DNA from: a virus
Direction: 5' to 3' (one strand)
IMG/VR virus record: IMGVR_UViG_3300030108_004965
Location: 64,001-128,000 of that record
Length of the DNA stretch: 64,000 nucleotides
Shown here piece by piece: positions 60,558 to 64,000 of the stretch (positions within the stretch are counted from its first letter, which is position 1; every line of letters begins with the position of its first letter). The notes under the pieces are model-generated. The model made no database searches and was not told the DNA's origin. It saw only the letters and a program-made list of their open reading frames with translations. The position numbers and the translations under genes are program-made.

Positions 60558-61312
60558 GTGTATCCTTTTTTCTGCTTCATTTCATAAACATTTTTAAAAG
60601 AAATTTCTGGGACATAATGCGGTACTGTCACGCGCTTATTAAACTCAATCACCGGCTTCCGAAACTTAGGTAAGCCCTTAGAATTATATCCAACAACGCT
60701 TCCATTAATACCTTCTTTTTTTATCATCTGTAACATCTTTAATCTAGAGTAAGTTGGGGACATTTCTAAGTCATTTAATTGACTCTCTGAGAGGTATGAA
60801 ATACCAACCAAATCTTTGACGTGGGAGCCAACATTTTCTCTCTCCGAAGAGAAGAATTTTATGTTCTTTATGAACTCATCTTGTGGGTCAATTATTTCAT
60901 CGACATCGTGGTTCCCACCCACTCGCCAATCATAAAAATCATAGACGTGATACCACCCCGTTTCACGGTGGTCAAACTCATTTAATTTGTCGTAAGAAAT
61001 AGTGATTTTTTTATTGAAATTTGTTAGCAATACTAAATTTTCATTTTCTTTACGATAACCCGCAATGTTGTTAGGAAAAAGCAAAATTCCGGACATGCTC
61101 AGTAAAAAACAAAGCCTATCCCACACTTGCAAAGGTGTTGCTTTGTCAATACCAAGCCATGCAAAGTCATAGTCATCATACTGTACATCTAAATTAAAGG
61201 GCGGAATAGGGGATATTAATACGCAGGGAGTTTCAGTACGAAATGAGTGCAGTAAACACGTTATTGTTTTCCCTATATTGAGTTCTTTGTAGTGCAATTC
61301 TAAATCTGACAC
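60515..61312 (-). CDS. hypothetical protein (265 aa)
   Basis: ORF track. Confidence 0.7.
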   Translation of the reverse strand: MSDLELHYKELNIGKTITCLLHSFRTETPCVLISPIPPFNLDVQYDDYDFAWLGIDKATPLQVWDRLCFLLSMSGILLFPNNIAGYRKENENLVLLTNFNKKITISYDKLNEFDHRETGWYHVYDFYDWRVGGNHDVDEIIDPQDEFIKNIKFFSSERENVGSHVKDLVGISYLSESQLNDLEMSPTYSRLKMLQMIKKEGINGSVVGYNSKGLPKFRKPVIEFNKRVTVPHYVPEISFKNVYEMKQKKGYTWKLLEKMTQHTFT

Positions 61313-61321
61313 GAATACCTC

Positions 61322-61987
61322 TTAACTTCTACCGAATTTTTTCATTTGCGCTAACATTTCTTCCGGGGACATTTTAGGTTCTCTTCTAGATCTTTTCTTT
61401 TGTTTTGGTGCTGATTTTTGTGTCGCATATCCAGAATTTTTTAATACCGGAATCAAGTGTCTATTGATCGCAGAACTAGTGGTCATGTAAGCATCCTGAA
61501 CCTTCTGTCCATTGATGACTCCAATGCCCACAGCAAGGTCAGTTGGAAAGACCATTCCGCCTCTGTCCGACGACACCATTTGTAGTATGTTTTTCATCCC
61601 TTCTTGTTTTAGAAATTCCAGTTCCTCTGGTTCTAAATTTGCTTCAAGAATTTTTAGTTTTTTATCGATAATTTTCTTAACAATCTCAGAGGACCCATAG
61701 CCTCTTCTGCTTTCGTCTGACCAGTAAAGAGTGAGGCCGATGTTAGCATTCCCAAGAATGGTTGAAACATCATCATCAGATAGTGAAGTGTTAGATGCTA
61801 CTGATTTTTCTAGATCAGAATAAAGCAAATCAAATTCTTTATCATGTAGTCTTTTATATTCATCATCCCAACTATTGTAAGCACCAAAAAATATGTCACG
61901 AACCTTGTCCAATAATTTATCTTTATCAATGTTAAATCTGGAATTTTCTTTGAGAAAAATTTTCCACTCTTTAAGTATTTTTTTCAT
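61322..61987 (-). CDS. hypothetical protein, possible internal head protein
   Basis: MKKILKEWKIFLKE N-terminus. Confidence 0.65.
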   Translation of the reverse strand: MKKILKEWKIFLKENSRFNIDKDKLLDKVRDIFFGAYNSWDDEYKRLHDKEFDLLYSDLEKSVASNTSLSDDDVSTILGNANIGLTLYWSDESRRGYGSSEIVKKIIDKKLKILEANLEPEELEFLKQEGMKNILQMVSSDRGGMVFPTDLAVGIGVINGQKVQDAYMTTSSAINRHLIPVLKNSGYATQKSAPKQKKRSRREPKMSPEEMLAQMKKFGRS

Positions 61988-62210
61988 TTTTGATTATCCT
62001 CAATAAAAACTTTTCCGGTATCTCTTTAAATAGTCTATCTTTTATTAAAATATCGTACCCATAATACTCTACCATACGCGTTTCGGACTCAAAATCCTTT
62101 TCATATAACAAGTACGGATCCGTCATTATGATTCCGTTTTCTCCTCCAATATGCTGGAACAAAATGAAACCCTCTGTGTTTAGGAAGAACAAATCTCCCT
62201 TTTTAAACAC
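61971..62210 (-). CDS. KOW-like hypothetical protein
   Basis: MFKKGDLFF...GIIM. Confidence 0.6.
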   Translation of the reverse strand: MFKKGDLFFLNTEGFILFQHIGGENGIIMTDPYLLYEKDFESETRMVEYYGYDILIKDRLFKEIPEKFLLRIIKNEKNT

Positions 62211-62916
62211 CCTTTAGTTTCCTATATGACCATACGGCTGAAGGCCATAGGTCTGTTGCTATTTCCAGACAAGCATTGGCCACATCCTGTATCTCTTGTT
62301 GGGCACCCTCATGCGTCCTTAGGTCTATAAACTTCAGCAGATTATTTAAATTAACAGTCCCGTAATACTCAGTATACATGTTTTGAGGGAGAACCATTCT
62401 AGCCTGCTCGCGACACACACCAGCGGCCATCAACTGCTCAAAGAGTTCTTTAGCCATTCTAGTGTGCCGTTTTAAATAATCACTACAAGTTAAGCCAAAG
62501 TTAGGGTCAGACAAATCCGGATAAAGTATCGGATCTATTTGGTCTGGATTTGAAGACTGCCTGTTGGACTTATGCTGTGTACGGAATGCATCTGGGCAAT
62601 GAAAAGTAAGATCTTTATCTGTGTATCTTCTGGAAATTTCATTGTAACTCCAAGTACGGTGTCGCATATGTTGAGAGCGCACAAACAAAGGAACAACAAA
62701 CTTAAAGGTAACCACATTGTGCTCGAACGTGCTCGTATGTCTGTGTTTGACAAGATAGTTAATAAGTTTTTTATCTCGAGCATCCAAATCCTCCTTTTCT
62801 ACTCCAAATGAAACACGGGCGCTGTTCACGATTGTGAGGTCAGAGCCCATGTGGTCAATATATTGTACTTTGCCTATACCGTCTTCGTATAGGTCAATTG
62901 TTTTTTGATAAGACAT
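62203..62916 (-). CDS. thyX: FAD-dependent thymidylate synthase
   Basis: HTSTFEH; QHMRHRTWSYNEISRRY; EQARMVLP; AQQEI. Confidence 0.95.
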   Translation of the reverse strand: MSYQKTIDLYEDGIGKVQYIDHMGSDLTIVNSARVSFGVEKEDLDARDKKLINYLVKHRHTSTFEHNVVTFKFVVPLFVRSQHMRHRTWSYNEISRRYTDKDLTFHCPDAFRTQHKSNRQSSNPDQIDPILYPDLSDPNFGLTCSDYLKRHTRMAKELFEQLMAAGVCREQARMVLPQNMYTEYYGTVNLNNLLKFIDLRTHEGAQQEIQDVANACLEIATDLWPSAVWSYRKLKGV

Positions 62917-62918
62917 AC

Positions 62919-63614
62919 CTACTCCTTGGATTGATATGCTTTTTCTGCTGAGTATACACCAGTTTCATCACCCATTGCAAGACTTGGGTCGTCGCTATTA
63001 AAGAAGGGAATCTGAAACTTCTTACCTCCGATAGCACTAAACAAATCTGGTGCGTCTTGTGCTACTTTCCCAGAAACAATAACATCTCTGTCGTCCACAG
63101 CATAATATTCTTGTGGACCAAACGCTGGTTCGTCAGAACCATCCGGTTCTGTCTGATAATAGGTCAACCTAAAGTAGACACTCGGTTGACCTTTACGATA
63201 ATTGCGTATTAATTTTTCGCCACCAATAACAGCAGCCTGACCGTATTTTTTTCCAAGATCAATTAGGTCTTGCTTTTTAATGTTCAGTACAAAATAACTT
63301 GTTTCATCACCGCCATACTTACCAGCAAGTTGAACATAATCAAGACCTGCTGAGTCTAGTGTGTTTCTTAAGTCACTCATTCTTTCTGCGTTAGATCCTT
63401 CGTCAGCAGACTCTCCTCTCGGGTTTTCCGCTGTTAGTATACCTATTCTCTGTAGTTCTGCTCGTGGGTTGGGATCCCTTAGCATTCCCAAGACTTGATC
63501 TAAGGACAAATCAACTTGTTTTTCAGTTAAAAAAGGACTCTCCAGCAACACAGATTTCTTTCTACTCTCTAGTATTACTTGTTTAATCATCTGTTTTAAA
63601 TTTTCTTTATTCAT
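62919..63614 (-). CDS. hypothetical protein (DUF3293-like core)
   Basis: GILTAENP...N...L...L...G.Y....E.SYFV...LG.KYGQ. Confidence 0.6.
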   Translation of the reverse strand: MNKENLKQMIKQVILESRKKSVLLESPFLTEKQVDLSLDQVLGMLRDPNPRAELQRIGILTAENPRGESADEGSNAERMSDLRNTLDSAGLDYVQLAGKYGGDETSYFVLNIKKQDLIDLGKKYGQAAVIGGEKLIRNYRKGQPSVYFRLTYYQTEPDGSDEPAFGPQEYYAVDDRDVIVSGKVAQDAPDLFSAIGGKKFQIPFFNSDDPSLAMGDETGVYSAEKAYQSKE

Positions 63615-63883
63615 TCCTTTAGTCTCCCGTAAACATAATTCTCTAACACTAGGTAATTAGTTTCTCCCATTGCTTTTACTTCTGATAGCATTCTTCTCTC
63701 GACAACTATTCGGTCTCCTATGTCAACATTTACAGTACAATCATCAGAGATCCCTAGGACATCACACACAACATATACAGATTGTGGAGTCTTAAAATCA
63801 TCAGGTAAAACGATGATTGAATTTTCCTTTTCTTCTTCTAATGGTAGAACAAGGATGTGCCTATTCTTTGGCTCAAGATACAT
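63611..63883 (-). CDS. groES: co-chaperonin GroES
   Basis: LEPKNRHILV...SIIVLP...VDIGDRIVV...YLVLENYVYG. Confidence 0.8.
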   Translation of the reverse strand: MYLEPKNRHILVLPLEEEKENSIIVLPDDFKTPQSVYVVCDVLGISDDCTVNVDIGDRIVVERRMLSEVKAMGETNYLVLENYVYGRLKE

Positions 63884-63924
63884 TTTTCCTCCATTTATAT
63901 AACCAATGCCTTTTAGCATATCAT

Positions 63925-63953
63925 ATTATAACACACTAAAAGGCAACTGTCAA
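63925..63953 (-). promoter_or_regulatory. sigma70-type promoter (groES)
   Basis: TTGACA-N17-TATAAT. Confidence 0.75.
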
Positions 63954-64000
63954 CTATTATTCGTGAGAATTTTTCTTTATTTGAATCTCTGCTCTCAATT

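Noticed and set aside
40652-63883. Bacterial chromosome (dnaE, groEL, clpP, ssrA, thyX)
   Set aside because: These genes are dispersed among phage-type hypotheticals, groES and groEL are unlinked, an endolysin is present, and there are no bacterial operon contexts.
1-64000. Alternative genetic code or stop-codon reassignment
   Set aside because: Long conserved genes are intact in code 11, and TAG, TGA and TAA all terminate genes at sensible positions. The short ORFs have their own RBSs and starts.

Overview
64-kb segment of a large (jumbo-type) dsDNA phage genome. Essentially all real genes lie on the minus strand. Phage origin is inferred from the dense small ORFs, the unlinked groEL/groES, and stand-alone dnaE, thyX, uvsE, clpP, clpS, endolysin and tmRNA. 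Myxobacteria-style lipoproteins suggest a marine Myxococcota/delta-proteobacterial host (inference). The window has three zones. (1) 0-13.8 kb: AT-rich, virion-like and metabolic genes, many preceded by a CTAWTTA motif. (2) About 14-36.2 kb: a visibly more GC-rich early/accessory module. It has its own promoter classes and 13 copies of a GGACA-W5-TGTCC operator. Two clusters of a 19-bp direct repeat bracket most of it (16.0 and 36.2-36.5 kb). It also carries two double zinc-knuckle paralogs, a MoxR/VWA pair and 43 (manual count) tiny KOW/SH3-like 'GDLV' proteins. (3) 36.5-64 kb: replication, repair, proteostasis, methylation and lysis genes. The most striking signal is the GDLV mini-gene array. 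Its units are chained by a conserved ~34-bp junction that encodes, at once, the C-terminus of one gene, the Shine-Dalgarno sequence and the N-terminus of the next. This gives a repeat/variable-cassette architecture. Many members are shorter than 60 aa and are missing from the supplied ORF track; I translated those by hand. No database searches were run.
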